Assembly: GCA_040285825.1 (NCBI GenBank) | Contig: JAUPSS010000001.1 | Coordinates: 186,001-250,000 of the forward strand | DNA: 64,000 nucleotides | Direction: 5' to 3' | Origin: Eukaryota sp. TZLM1-RC | Lineage: Eukaryota; Protista; Metamonada: BaSk clade | In this document: piece by piece, positions 22,742 through 34,800 of the stretch | Layout: every line of letters begins with the position of its first letter | How positions within the stretch are numbered: position 1 is the stretch's first letter | The notes under the pieces: generated by a model | Database searches by the model: none | What the model saw: only the letters and a program-made list of their open reading frames with translations | What the model was told of the DNA's origin: nothing | Translations under genes and position numbers: made by a program

Positions 22742-24342
22742 TATTTATTGAATTTGCACACTTAAATAAATTAACTCATAACAAATGGGACGACTATCAT
22801 TGAACCAAGATTTCATCTACAAAATCTTGATCTGCTTGCTGTCTAGTTAAAGCTTCTCCAATTCGATTGAAAAACCGAGGTAATCTATTAATAATGGCAA
22901 ATTGAATCCGAGAGCGCCAAAAAATATCAAATCTTTTCATTGTTTTTTCTTGAACCATTTTTTGGAAGTCATTCAAAAAGTTTCTGCTTCATCTGATAAT
23001 CTTCCATGCATCGAAAATGGGAAAGCAATAAAAACCAGCTGTGTATTTCTATCAGCATTAGCCTCTTCAATGTCTTTATCATATTTTTTATGTTTTTCTT
23101 TTGCTTTGAAATCCAGAGCAGCCACAGGATTAAGTTTTCTTCTGTGAACCAAAGTATCATTTGCAACATTACATGAGACAAAGTCAACAATAGCTTCAGA
23201 ATTATCAATCCATTCACAGTATACATCACCTCTATCATCAGAACCAAAATTATTCAGAGAAAGTGTTTCCTTCAGCAGGGGCTCTTTGATACACGATATC
23301 CTTGCAGTTTGTGCCATATTGAAAACAGTGTCTCTAACAGCATCATGTAATGAAGAACGATAAGTTATCAATTTAGAGCAATTTAGAGCATGGCGCAAAG
23401 TGAGTTGAGGTGAATTCAAACAAATACATTTTTCTTTTGATAATAATTGGTTAATGGGGATGTTCAAATATAATCTCATTTTTGTTACAAATGCTTCATT
23501 AGTGGCACACAAACCAAATCTTTGTGGTACAATGGTTACAAAAAGTGAAGAATCTGACGCCTTGTTTTCACAAACACCCTTTTCCAATAACAATGAGTGA
23601 AGATCTTGATTTAAAACAGCCAAGCTGCAAATATTATTATAAAGATCTTTTTCATACATTCCAGTCAATCTTTTCTGTAATGTTCGAAGAGTGTACTTCA
23701 AATTTAAAACATTTTTTCCTGGAATATTGCCATTGAATGCTTGGGGAAAACATTGACCCCATTTTTCTACATCAATTCTTGAAATTTCTTCATTTAATGC
23801 AAAAACAGTGGAACTTTGCGTTGTCATCAATAAATCTTCCCAATCTGCAAATCTTTCGGAAAACTCAAAGATTGCATTTCTGCATCCACCAACAAAAGCA
23901 CACGATGTAAGAATAGAAGCCTTCGTCCACCCTAAACCGCCATAATGTGGACTAAGGTAAGCATGATCTGGAATTTGAAACATTTTACATCCCAGTAATT
24001 GAGACAGAACTTTTGCACGTAACTCATTAAACTTCTGAGCCAAAGGTCTAGTGACGAGAGGATTTGTAGATCGAAATATATGATTAAAATTGGAACTAAA
24101 ACACAGTCTTATAATGGTAAATTTGATGTGTTTTTTTATATCTAAATTCATCATTTGGTCAATTTTGTCAGAAATTGAGTTCAACTTTTCAAACAATTAT
24201 TTCTTAATTTCATCATTATTTCTTAAAAACGAACCAAAATGACGAATAGCATCAATTGAATATAATTTGACTTGAATTTCAATACCATCAACTATTGTGG
24301 AAACTGGAGAATTCGATAACAAAACACATTTAAGTAATTTAA
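22742..24342 (-). mobile_element. Family A retrotransposon copy, 5'-truncated
   Basis: ORF 22973..24196 nearly identical to 20309..22018; same 3' UTR. Confidence 0.93.
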
Positions 24343-24344
24343 CT

Positions 24345-27100
24345 ACAAACGACGATCAGATCATTTATTCATTTTTCTTGTTACAAGACTTTCAACATCA
24401 TCAATAAAATTCATGACAGTATTTCCAACACGTCCACACAAAGATATAGCAAATGGGCAAATTTGGTAATCCACATGGTGAACATGACCATTCAATTCTT
24501 TCAAAGGATTTGCATAGTGCTTCCCTTTTTTTAGTTCTGAATCATCAAGGAAGGATACCCCGGATTGTGTTTTTTTGCAAGGCATTTTTCTTACAAACAT
24601 CCACTTTCACCACATCAACAACAATTCCAGACATATTTCAATGAGGGCACAACAACCTCAGCACGTCGTCTTCCATATTTTGCATCACTCAAATTTTCAG
24701 TTATATCAAGAGACCTCAACAAGGGTTCTACAAATGATTCAATATGATAGGAATTACACTTAGCATCGATTTAATCTCTAACTGCATCATGCAAAGTAGA
24801 ACGATAAGAAATAAATCTGATGTAATTAAATAAATGTGATAATGTCAAACCAGCTCCACATTTGCAAAACTGATCATTGGGCAAATCACCAGGCCACAGA
24901 TAACAACACATTCTCATGGCATTAGTCCATTGGTCCTCATGTAAAAAATATCCCATACATTTGGGGAATTTGTTTCAACAAAACTGCAGATGAACTGTCC
25001 TTCATATTGTTCAAAAACTCTGCAGAAACAGAACTTTCTTACTTAGCTGTGTTAAGATTTCAAAAATTTTCAAATTATGTTTGTGCAGTGAATTCTACGC
25101 AAATTTCAATGAAATCAAACTTCTTTCTGGAATGTCTAGAATAGATATAGGGAAACATGTTTGCCAGAACTCAGGAGATAAACTTGATTCTTCTTCTCTG
25201 AAGTTATCCAGAAATAGACTATTTGTTGTTTCAAGAAGAGTTTCGGCAAAAGGACATTTTCTAGAAAACTCATATACAAAATACTCAATGATCACATATT
25301 TTGATGAATTGAAACCAACACCAAGTTGAACATAAGAAAAAGTATGATCTTTCAAAAATGTAGGATCAACTGACATTATACGTATTTATTGAATTTGCAC
25401 ACTGAATTAAATTAACTCATAACTAATGGGACGACTACCATTGAACCAAAATTTCCTCTACAAAATCTTGATCTGCTTGCTGTCTAGCTAAAGCTTCTCT
25501 AATTCGATTGAAAAACCGAGGTAATCTATTAATAATGGCAAATTGAATCCGTGATCGCCATAAACAAATATCAAATCTTTTCATTGTTTTTTCTTGCAGC
25601 CATTTTTTGGAAGTCATCCAAAAAAGTTTCTGCTTCAACTGATAATCTTCCATTTATCGAAAATGGGAAAGCAATAAAAACCAGCTGTGTATTTCTATCG
25701 ACGTTAGCCTCTTCAATAACTTTATCATATATTCAATGTTTCTTTTTTGCTTTAAAATCAAGGGCAGCAACAGGATTAAGTTTTCTTCTGTGAACCAAAG
25801 TATCATTTGCAACATTACATGAGACAAAGTCAACAATAGCTTCAGAATTATCAATCCAATCGCAGTATACATCACCTCTATCATCAGAACCAAAATAATT
25901 CAGAGAAAGTCTTTCCTTCAGCAGGGGCTCTTTGATACACGATATCCTTGCAGTTTGTGCCATATTGAAAACAGTGTCTCTAACAGCATCATGTAATGAA
26001 GAACGATAAGTTATTAATTTAGAGCAATTCAGAGCATGGCGCAAAGTGAGTTGAGGTGAATTCGAACAAATACATTTTTCTTTTGATAATAATTGATTAA
26101 TGGGGATGTTCAAATATAATCTCATTTTTGTTACAAATGCTTCATTAGTGGCACACAATCCAAATCTCCGTGGTACAATGGTTACAAAAAGTGAAGAATC
26201 TGACGACTTGTTTTCACAAACACCCTTTTCCAATAACAATGAGTGAAGATCTTGATTTAAAACAGCCGAGCTGCATATATTATATAAGCCTGACATTATA
26301 TAAGCCAAAAATCTGTACGTATTTTGTTAAATTGTCTACAGAAATTGTAAGTTACTGATGGAGGTAACGATCGAAGTAAATGGGTAATTTTTCCATACTA
26401 ACAAATTTTCAAAGGAAAAAACTTAAGATGCTTTTCCAATGCAAGGGTATTAATCACTTCAAACTTTTTTCTTAATTGAATGCAAATAGTTGTTAAGGCT
26501 ATCAAGTGTTTTTTCAGCAGAACCTTGGTAACAACCAAGAAAGCAGAAACTAGTTGAAGTATAATCAATTAATGATACTTCCAGTGAATTGATCATTAAT
26601 TTAAAATTATTTCTAAAAATATAGAAACATTTTTGAACATTCAAATCAAGACCTATGGATTGATATAATGTAGCAGCTTCACTAGCAACTCTTTGAATTT
26701 TACTTTCTGGATCAGATGACTTTTCCACTAGGTTGTTAAAGCAACTAAGCGGGATGCACTTAATTCTTTGGGTGGAACAATTTTCAACATCAAAACATCT
26801 GGAAAAATAGAACATAAATGCTTAATAATGAAAGAATGTTGACGGCACACGGATTTCAGCATATCGAAAGTGATTTCAGATGGGGTTGGAGGTTGTTCAG
26901 ATGGAAGACGAAGAATTCCAGCTTCAACTTATTTTTCAGAAAGTGGTTTTTGTTTCCAAAATTGTGAGACAGAAGGTTTCTCAAAATTGAAAACTTCAGC
27001 TAGTTGAAAAATTACCAATTGATTCACAGTTTCATCAGTAACAGGCGCAAATTAGGAAGAGAAACTATCATTTGTTCCAGAACCATATCTTCCACAATAA
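24345..27100 (-). mobile_element. Degenerate RLE retrotransposon (family E), interrupted by family A at 25381-26290
   Basis: GLDLNVQKC, FLGCY, CKCGA..LSH, HDAVRD, CPFAISLCGRVG on both sides of the insertion. Confidence 0.8.
25381..26290 (-). mobile_element. 5'-truncated family A copy with 11-bp TSD
   Basis: TSD CTGACATTATA at 25370-25380 and 26290-26300; ORF 25733..26308 near-identical to other family A copies. Confidence 0.92.
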
Positions 27101-27613
27101 TTTAAAAACACAATAATTTCTACAATAATTTTTGCAGTCTTAATTTTTGGTTGTTTACATTCTAAGTGCAACAGAAAATGAAATAAATGCTTTTGGACTG
27201 GGAACATTCGGAATCTTACAGGGGGACGTAAAATATCAAGCGAAGCGCAAATAGGGTAAATAGATAAATTGTTTTTGAAAATATAATTTTCAGCTTATTC
27301 ATTACAAATTTTGCAGAATGATCTTTATGTGTTGATCCATTATGACAATCTAAAACTATTGCATTATTGTCTTCTGCAGTACACTCATCTTTTGGGGACA
27401 AATTTAATTTTAAATAATTTAATTCAGCAGCTGCGGCAGTCATAGAATTGGAAACAGTCTTATTGTAGTTTTCACATTTTTTGATCCCTTTTTTGACCGA
27501 GTTTATGACACGACGAACAACGAGGAGGAGCATTTCTCGAGAGTTTACTCGTATAGATTTGATATTGAGAACATTTGATTGACCTTAACTTTTTTCAAGC
27601 AGTTCCCCCATCA

Positions 27614-29209
27614 ATGACCTCACTTCTTCTACATGACTTTCTTACACAAGCTCTCTCTGTCAAACTGGAAGATGCAGATATATCCTCCATCCACAAGACC
27701 TTTTCAGACCTCTCCAACACTCTCTCTGTCAACATTACTGGTCTAGATAACCCCAAGATCAATTTAGTTGTTATTTCTCAATCTCATTTTTACATTTCTC
27801 CTACTTCAGAACCAATCAATTCTCGCTTCTCTTTTAACTCAATTCCTCTTGAATTTTCCCTCGATGAACCCCTCATTCATATCCTTGTTTGTGAACCCAC
27901 GTCATTCTCAGTAATTTGTTCCTCTTTCATTGACACTGCCAAAGCTTTCAAGAGTGGATCTTTTTCACTGTCTGTCCCTTTGAATACCATTGGGGGTCAT
28001 CAGCAAGGCACAATAGGTCTAGCGGAAGTTGACCTCAAAGTGCCTCAAATTGATGAAGTTTTTGATTGTGAATTTGATTGGAATCAATTTAATAAGTCTG
28101 TACAGTTGTTCTTTTCTTCCTTTAGGGGCCTTTGTGATGTCAAATCAAGATGTCCACCTTTTTTTATCAAGAACCAAAGTGGACAAACTCTGCCCATGTT
28201 TGCTTACGTGTCATCTCGTGTCAATCTCGACTTTCAAAGACTTCCTACCCCTCAGCATTGTTCAAGATTTGTCTCTTTAATTCCAGTAAGGTCCATAACT
28301 GATGAAACTCTGGGAAAGTCAAGTGAAGAGGTCAGAATGTTACCAGCAGCCACGTCACTACTACGTTATGGTGACGTCATTGACCTTTGTAATTTACTCT
28401 GTTCAATGCTTTCTTGCTTTGGCTTAAGTAGTTTTGTTTGTATAGGGGATGATTCTAACCGCTCAAAATCAAGTTTTGTGATTACGCTTGACACATCATC
28501 GATGACGTCATCAAGTATTTTATTCTGGGATGCAGTTTCTGGCAGAAGGTATTCATTAGAAGCTTTTCAAAACCAAGCGTTTTTGTTGTCAATTGATTAT
28601 ATTTATAACAACTCAAATGTTTATTTGAATATTCAAGGAAATAATTCGTTAGGGTGCGTCAATTTTAACCTCGAAGACCCTCAACATTGGCTTTCGTTCA
28701 ATCAAAATTTGATTAGAAATTATAATAGAAATTACCCCCCATTCACAGTTAACTTAGGCAATTTCAACATTAACACAGAAGTAGTTAAATCAAAAGAAAT
28801 TGATATCACTTCCAGTATTTGTTCTGCATTGGAGGATTTTCGTAAAGTTGAAGGTAGGTTCACCAAGTTTTCTGATTCAACTCGTCCTATACTCAAGCAA
28901 GCAATGTACAGCTATGAAAACGAAAGGATTTTCGGAGTCTCTGTTTCATCTGATTTGTTTGCACAATCCATTAAGCAAGTCATCTCGCCTACACAAACAT
29001 TTAGAGCCGTTCCTATTCAAATAAAGAACTCCCAAATCAATGAATCTATTGGTTTTACTGTTCTTTCTACCCTAAATTCTCTTGTTGCAGGAAAGGAGCT
29101 TCTGAATTTAGACAGCACTGCTCTCTTTAACGTTCAAGTTTCTATATTTCCGTACACTGAGGAAGTGTTTGGTGTTTGGTGTGTTATTGCCGTGGTTTTT
29201 GAAGAGTGA
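27614..29209 (+). CDS. CEP76: Centrosomal protein CEP76-like (transglutaminase-like fold)
   Basis: LPTP.HCSRFVSLIP, GD..D.CNLLCS.L..FGL..FVCIG, FWDAVSGRRY, YENER, F...IKQ......FRAVP, FPY.E.V..VW; first ATG at 27614. Confidence 0.8.
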   Translation: MTSLLLHDFLTQALSVKLEDADISSIHKTFSDLSNTLSVNITGLDNPKINLVVISQSHFYISPTSEPINSRFSFNSIPLEFSLDEPLIHILVCEPTSFSVICSSFIDTAKAFKSGSFSLSVPLNTIGGHQQGTIGLAEVDLKVPQIDEVFDCEFDWNQFNKSVQLFFSSFRGLCDVKSRCPPFFIKNQSGQTLPMFAYVSSRVNLDFQRLPTPQHCSRFVSLIPVRSITDETLGKSSEEVRMLPAATSLLRYGDVIDLCNLLCSMLSCFGLSSFVCIGDDSNRSKSSFVITLDTSSMTSSSILFWDAVSGRRYSLEAFQNQAFLLSIDYIYNNSNVYLNIQGNNSLGCVNFNLEDPQHWLSFNQNLIRNYNRNYPPFTVNLGNFNINTEVVKSKEIDITSSICSALEDFRKVEGRFTKFSDSTRPILKQAMYSYENERIFGVSVSSDLFAQSIKQVISPTQTFRAVPIQIKNSQINESIGFTVLSTLNSLVAGKELLNLDSTALFNVQVSIFPYTEEVFGVWCVIAVVFEE

Positions 29210-29465
29210 AATATAATCTAATAGATGGGTTGAATTTTTTGTTGTCCATATCAACTGCCTGATCCAACATCCTTTCCACCAGATGCAGTTCTTGATCAAT
29301 CTTGGCTCAGTCTCTTTAATCCTTATTGATGGTATGAAACTAGTATTCATGATTTAGGAGGTTGTCCAGATGGATCAATCTGTAGCACAACACCAATTCC
29401 TTCTATCTGGGTTTCTTCCTTTTGTACATCTTCAAAACATTACCACAGAAAGCAATGCCAAAAAA

Positions 29466-29490
29466 ATTAATAAATTCTGCCCTATTTTGT
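29466..29490. repeat. 25-bp dispersed exact repeat, copy 2
   Basis: Identical to 2964-2988; ends 12 nt upstream of ATG 29503. Confidence 0.85.
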
Positions 29491-29502
29491 GCTATTTCAT
29501 AG

Positions 29503-29871
29503 ATGAATCCTATTAGACTCACAATTTATTGCCTGGTGATTCTTCTCAACATCACCACTGGCTTCTTCTCATACTCCTCAACACTGATCTCTGTCATTCT
29601 GGGACTAGTTGCTCTGTTTTTGCTCTGTACCATTGCCTTTTTATCATTTTCGCTTTCCTCTGGTTCTCTCTCCATTCGTTATGGTTATCTTTCTGTTCGT
29701 TCGGTTATCATCAATGCGGTAGGGTATGCTTTTCTGACTTTATTGTCTATGGTAATACGCTTTCTTGTTTCCTCTCCACATCCTTTACTCTTCTTTCTGT
29801 TAACATTCTCTCAACATCTCACCTCAGCAGTGTTTTCTGGTCTATTGCTTCATTGGATAAGTGACCAGTGA
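29503..29871 (+). CDS. Small 4-TM membrane protein of unknown function
   Basis: 122 aa, four hydrophobic helices; 3' end overlaps the IPK1 CDS by 22 nt. Confidence 0.55.
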   Translation: MNPIRLTIYCLVILLNITTGFFSYSSTLISVILGLVALFLLCTIAFLSFSLSSGSLSIRYGYLSVRSVIINAVGYAFLTLLSMVIRFLVSSPHPLLFFLLTFSQHLTSAVFSGLLLHWISDQ

Positions 29872-30869
29872 CCTCTGCTTTTGAACTCTTTCACCCCCAA
29901 GCAATGGTCAATCATGGGTAATGTTGAGATTTGCTTGTATTGGTTGTACCATCTTGACTTTAGTCTGCAACTACATTTTGGATCCAAGTCACTTATCTTC
30001 ACTTTTATGGTTGTTTCTTTAATGTTTATTCTTGTATTTTTTTGTACTATAAAGTTGAAATAAATTGATAAATCCCTTAGAGTGTTTGCAAAACATAGTC
30101 CTTTAATGTTCATATCAACTGTGTTTGCATTGTCAAAGTTAGATAACCATGTTCCGTCACAATAGTTCTCAAACAAGGAATGCAAATGTTCCACTTCAAG
30201 TTTACCATTACCCAAACGAGATACACAACCAGAAGTTCCGATTCTGTCATATCTTGATTGAAGAAAGGACAATCTCCACAAGAGAGACTGGTGCTTTCGA
30301 AAGATATCAACAACAATGTCCAGGCAAGATTGGCCTGTAGTTTGTTCAAATTGGAGATCAGACACTCTTGCACCATTCTCCCAGAATGCAATGTTGTTTC
30401 GCTTGTTGGACAGTAGATCTGAGCATGTCTCTCTCAATGTATCCTCAAATAGCAACTTCAAAGGACAGAATCTTGTTTCCTGGTAATGTAAACAGCAGAA
30501 TCTGCAACTTTTGGTTTCATCAGGTGATGGTGACAACCATTTTGGTTTAAGTTCACAACACACAACGGTGAAAGTTTTGTTAGAAGATAAATTGTATTGA
30601 ATGGTAGCATTCTGTCCAATCCAAACCTCCACAAGACGATCAACATACTCGCTCATACCAATGGGTACACTTGATATATGAACTGGAGAATATAGTATAC
30701 ATGGTATGGATAAAACTGAGCAAATGTAGTGTTGGAAGCTATTCCGCTCACTAACTGAGAAGCAGTCTCTGGTTGTTCTAATTCGAAAGACCTTATACTC
30801 ATAACCTTGAAGATCTACTGATAAAACAGTGTTCGCCTTTCCTGAACCAAGTTTCCTGAAATGATACAT
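29850..30869 (-). CDS. IPK1: Inositol-pentakisphosphate 2-kinase
   Basis: LGSGKANTV, CELKPKW, CRFC, FCPL.L, TLRDLSI, DLDPK. Confidence 0.85.
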   Translation of the reverse strand: MYHFRKLGSGKANTVLSVDLQGYEYKVFRIRTTRDCFSVSERNSFQHYICSVLSIPCILYSPVHISSVPIGMSEYVDRLVEVWIGQNATIQYNLSSNKTFTVVCCELKPKWLSPSPDETKSCRFCCLHYQETRFCPLKLLFEDTLRETCSDLLSNKRNNIAFWENGARVSDLQFEQTTGQSCLDIVVDIFRKHQSLLWRLSFLQSRYDRIGTSGCVSRLGNGKLEVEHLHSLFENYCDGTWLSNFDNANTVDMNIKGLCFANTLRDLSIYFNFIVQKNTRINIKETTIKVKISDLDPKCSCRLKSRWYNQYKQISTLPMIDHCLGVKEFKSRGHWSLIQ

Positions 30870-31189
30870 CTTTTGTTGTGACTTCCCTTGGTAAAATGTT
30901 TGAACTGAGGTAAGAACTGAATAAAGAAATTAAATTGTCAAACTTTATGTGAACAACAAACACCCTAGATTAAACAAACAACTGCTGTGACTTGCCACGA
31001 CTTCATCAAATTTCCTACAGATTACTATTTTTAAGAAAAAAATCATGAAAGCAGGCCCAATATCCATTATAAATGTTTTATCAGTTTGTTTGTGGATGTA
31101 TGAAGTTGAAAATAGACCAAAATTTATAACTATCTGAAACTAAAAAATCAAACATTGCTGATTGTCTGTGGACCTTCTACTGCCTGTAA

Positions 31190-31800
31190 GTTCTATGAAG
31201 ACATGGACACATGAAATTTTTACCACCTCCAATAAAGGCAGCTTTACAAAACGACCAGACGCAAGTCCTTTTATAGCTACACTAACTTCATCACAAGTAA
31301 TAGGATTAGCAGTGAAAAATCACGTTCAGTATCAGAGAAGATGTGATTTATGGAGATTATATTTGAATATTCCAATTGACCAAGAGCTATTGAAAGATGT
31401 ATTTGTCTAATTCTCCACAGCTCACCATACAAAATGCTCTTGTTTGTCCCAAATTGATAATTTCCCGTTCTTCACAATGCTTTCAATGACACTGTTTTTA
31501 ATATTGTAATGAATGCAAGATTTTGGTGTATCAAACAGTCCATGCGGAATCCCAGTTTCTCGTCTGATTACTTTCTAACAAACAATTGCAGAACCTCTAT
31601 TTGTCAAATCTGTTTGAAGCCTAAGATGATTTCATGAATAATAGAGGTGATGTTACCTGGATTAGATGGAACCTTCACTTTAGTGGATGTAATGTCTGTT
31701 GATCCTTGTGAGGTCTCAAATGAAAGGCTTGCTAATTCTGAAATTCATGATCCTTTCCAACTGCTGAGAATTTCAAAATCAAAAACCATAGTGAACTTTT
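31190..31800 (+). mobile_element. Mixed degenerate retrotransposon fragments (A-like and family B)
   Basis: RLYLNIPID (family A-like); DNA matching family B 60-260 at ~31580-31800. Confidence 0.7.
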
Positions 31801-31809
31801 TTTTTAATT

Positions 31810-34800
31810 AAGGAGTTTTTATTGTGAAACAAAATCTATCTAGAATTCAATATCCTCCAAACAAACGTCACTATTACTGAACCTACTCACAGCATTACGT
31901 TCATATTCTACACCAATAGCTAAAAGTGCCTGTGAAATCATTGTTGTAATAAACTTGAAAATGCAAAAAAACAATTCTATTTAACCAGAAAGTGGAATTC
32001 ATTGTTTTACCAGACCTATTCAGTAAATTTTTTTTGAAGTTTTCAAAAAAGTGTAACCCTGAAGGTCCACTATTGCCAAAAAGAGAAATTGCAAACGGTA
32101 CAAACTGATATTTCACATGTTCAACTACCCAATCGTGTTAATGTTAAATTTCCTTATTGACTTTTTTTCAGCGTTAGATAGCGGCGAATCAGCGGAATAC
32201 AACAAACGAGCAGCAGAATTGTTGCAAACATCTACTGAGAACAACATTGAGAACACCATCGATCCCTGGAGCCTCTAAAACTACCCTTCTTCTATGAAAG
32301 AAATCATCAGTTTGATCTGGAGACAGCATACGTACTAATGGTTCAATTAATGTCTCTATAGTGAAACTTTTGCACATGACATCTAATTGATCACAAACTG
32401 AGTCATGAACAATTGAGCGATAAGTTATAAAATATTTTCAGTTCAAAATATGGGAAAGCGTAACCACACTGTTGCAGCGACAAAGTAAATCATTTGGCAA
32501 TGAACAAGGCCATAAGAAACATCTCATTCTCATTGTAGTGGTCCATTGGTGATCATTGAGTAGAAGGCCGTAAATGTTGAGAATTTGGGAGGTTAGGCAA
32601 CTTGAGCAACTGTTTTTAAGATCAATCAAAAAGTTTGCAAAAACGGGATTTTTTTCGTTGGCCAAGCTAAGACGTACAATATAATCCAAATTTTCTAAAA
32701 CTATTTAGATTTATTTCTGCAATTTTGCAAAAGTCATTGGTAAGAAGAGCAAGCTTCTCGGAGGAAGTTCCACACTATCAGAGGGAAAACATTTAGACCA
32801 AATATTGGGTGAAAGAGTTTTAATTTCCTGTTGCAAAGAAATAAGATAAGAGCTGCCACAATTTTCAATGAGATGAATTTTTTCAGGAAAACGATTCACA
32901 AATTCATAAATAAAATTCTTTCCACCTCCAATAAAGGCAGCTTTACAAAGGTAGCTTGATTTATGAAAATCAACACCACCAAAATTTGTACCACAAAAAA
33001 TGTGGCTTCGTAACTGAGATGCATCAATTTCCAATAATTTTGCTGAAAAATTGGTTCTTTGTTCATTAAAAATTTGACAACATTCCAAAGAAATTGATGG
33101 TGGTGTTGATCTCAAAATATGCGTAAACTTTCCAAAATAACAAATTTTTAGAAAAAAAATTAAATGTTTTTCAATATTTAAATTTTTATTGATTCTAATT
33201 CATTTCCAAATTGAGTCAACAGAATGGAAAATTGGCTTTTGAAATGTTCATTTTTTCCAAAATAACAACCCAAGAAAGGAAAACCAGACTGATCATAATT
33301 GATGAAGGGTACATTGACATCATAAATGAAATAATCAATTGGTTCATGGCCAATAATCAGACATTTGGAGATATTCAATGAGAGACCAATTTCTTCATAA
33401 TGCTATTGAATAAAAGTTGCTATTTTTAAGAACTGAAATAGGAGCAATGACAGAAATGTCATCCATATATGCAACAATATCTATCTCTGGGAATTTTACT
33501 TCTAATCAGCAAAATAAAGGATGAATTGCAAGACAAAAGAAACAAAAACCAAGAGGAGCGCCCTGTTTAACACCTGAAGAAGAAAGCAGGTCAAAGCTTT
33601 CATAGACCAATGTTAATGATTTTCCATAAATTGAATAGAAAAAAGACTCGACCTCAGGAAAATGGAAAAACGTAATACAGAATTAAAGGCATTTTTAAAA
33701 TCCAATTGAAGATGTAATTAGAATTACTGGAATTAAAAAATACATCAGACCAAAGGACAGCAGCTGAAGCACCATCAATTGTCTTGATTCAAAATTGAAA
33801 GAGACTAAAAAATTCCTTGGCTTTTTTACCAATTCTATTTAAAACAAGAGACGCCAGAATTCTGGAAAACGAGTCTCCGATTGCAATTGGACAGATTTTT
33901 GATGAATTTTTCTTAAGGGCAATTAAACGAGCACCAGTCAACTTATCAGGGACTTTAATTTTCAAGGTGAGATGACTGTTAAAATAATAGACAAGATCAT
34001 CAACAATTTCAGGACACTGACCAACAGCTGACTTAATCATATCAAAATTTATCAAAGATGATCCTGGAGCTTTTCTAGCAGGCAGGAAGTCGAATCCGTT
34101 TTGAGACCTCTCGAGCTTTCACAAAATTTTTCAGCCAATAATCAACTGAATCTGGTTTGACACAATGAAAATTATTTTCTGGATGAAGGTTATTCAATTG
34201 GGACAATGTATTCTCATTTTATTCAGCTGAACTAGAGAAGAATAGTCATTGCGTTGCACATCCAAAACCTCCTTTTAAAGCCAATTTTCTCACTATCTGT
34301 TTTTAAAAAATTAATTTATTGAATTTGCACACTTGATTAAATTAAATCATAACTAATGGGACGACTATCATTAAACCAAGATTTCCTCTACAAAATCTTG
34401 ATTTGCTTGCTGTCTAGCTAAAGCTTCTCTAATTCGATTGAAAAACCGCGGTAATCTATTAATAATGGCAAATTGAATCCGTGAACGCCATAAAAAAATA
34501 TCAAATCTTTTCATTGTTTTTTCTTTCACCATTTTTTGGAAGTCATCCAAAAAAGTTTCTGCTTCAACTGATAATCTTCCATTTATCGAAAATGGAAAAG
34601 CAATAAAAACCAGCTGTGTATTTCTATCGATATTTGCATCTTCAATTTCATTATCATATTTTCTATGTTTTTCTTTTGCTTTAAAATCCAGAGCAGCCAC
34701 AGGATTAAGTTTTCTTCTGTGAACCAAAGTATTGTTTGCAACATTACATGAGACAAAGTCAACAATAGCTTCAGAATTATTAATCCAATCACAGTATACA

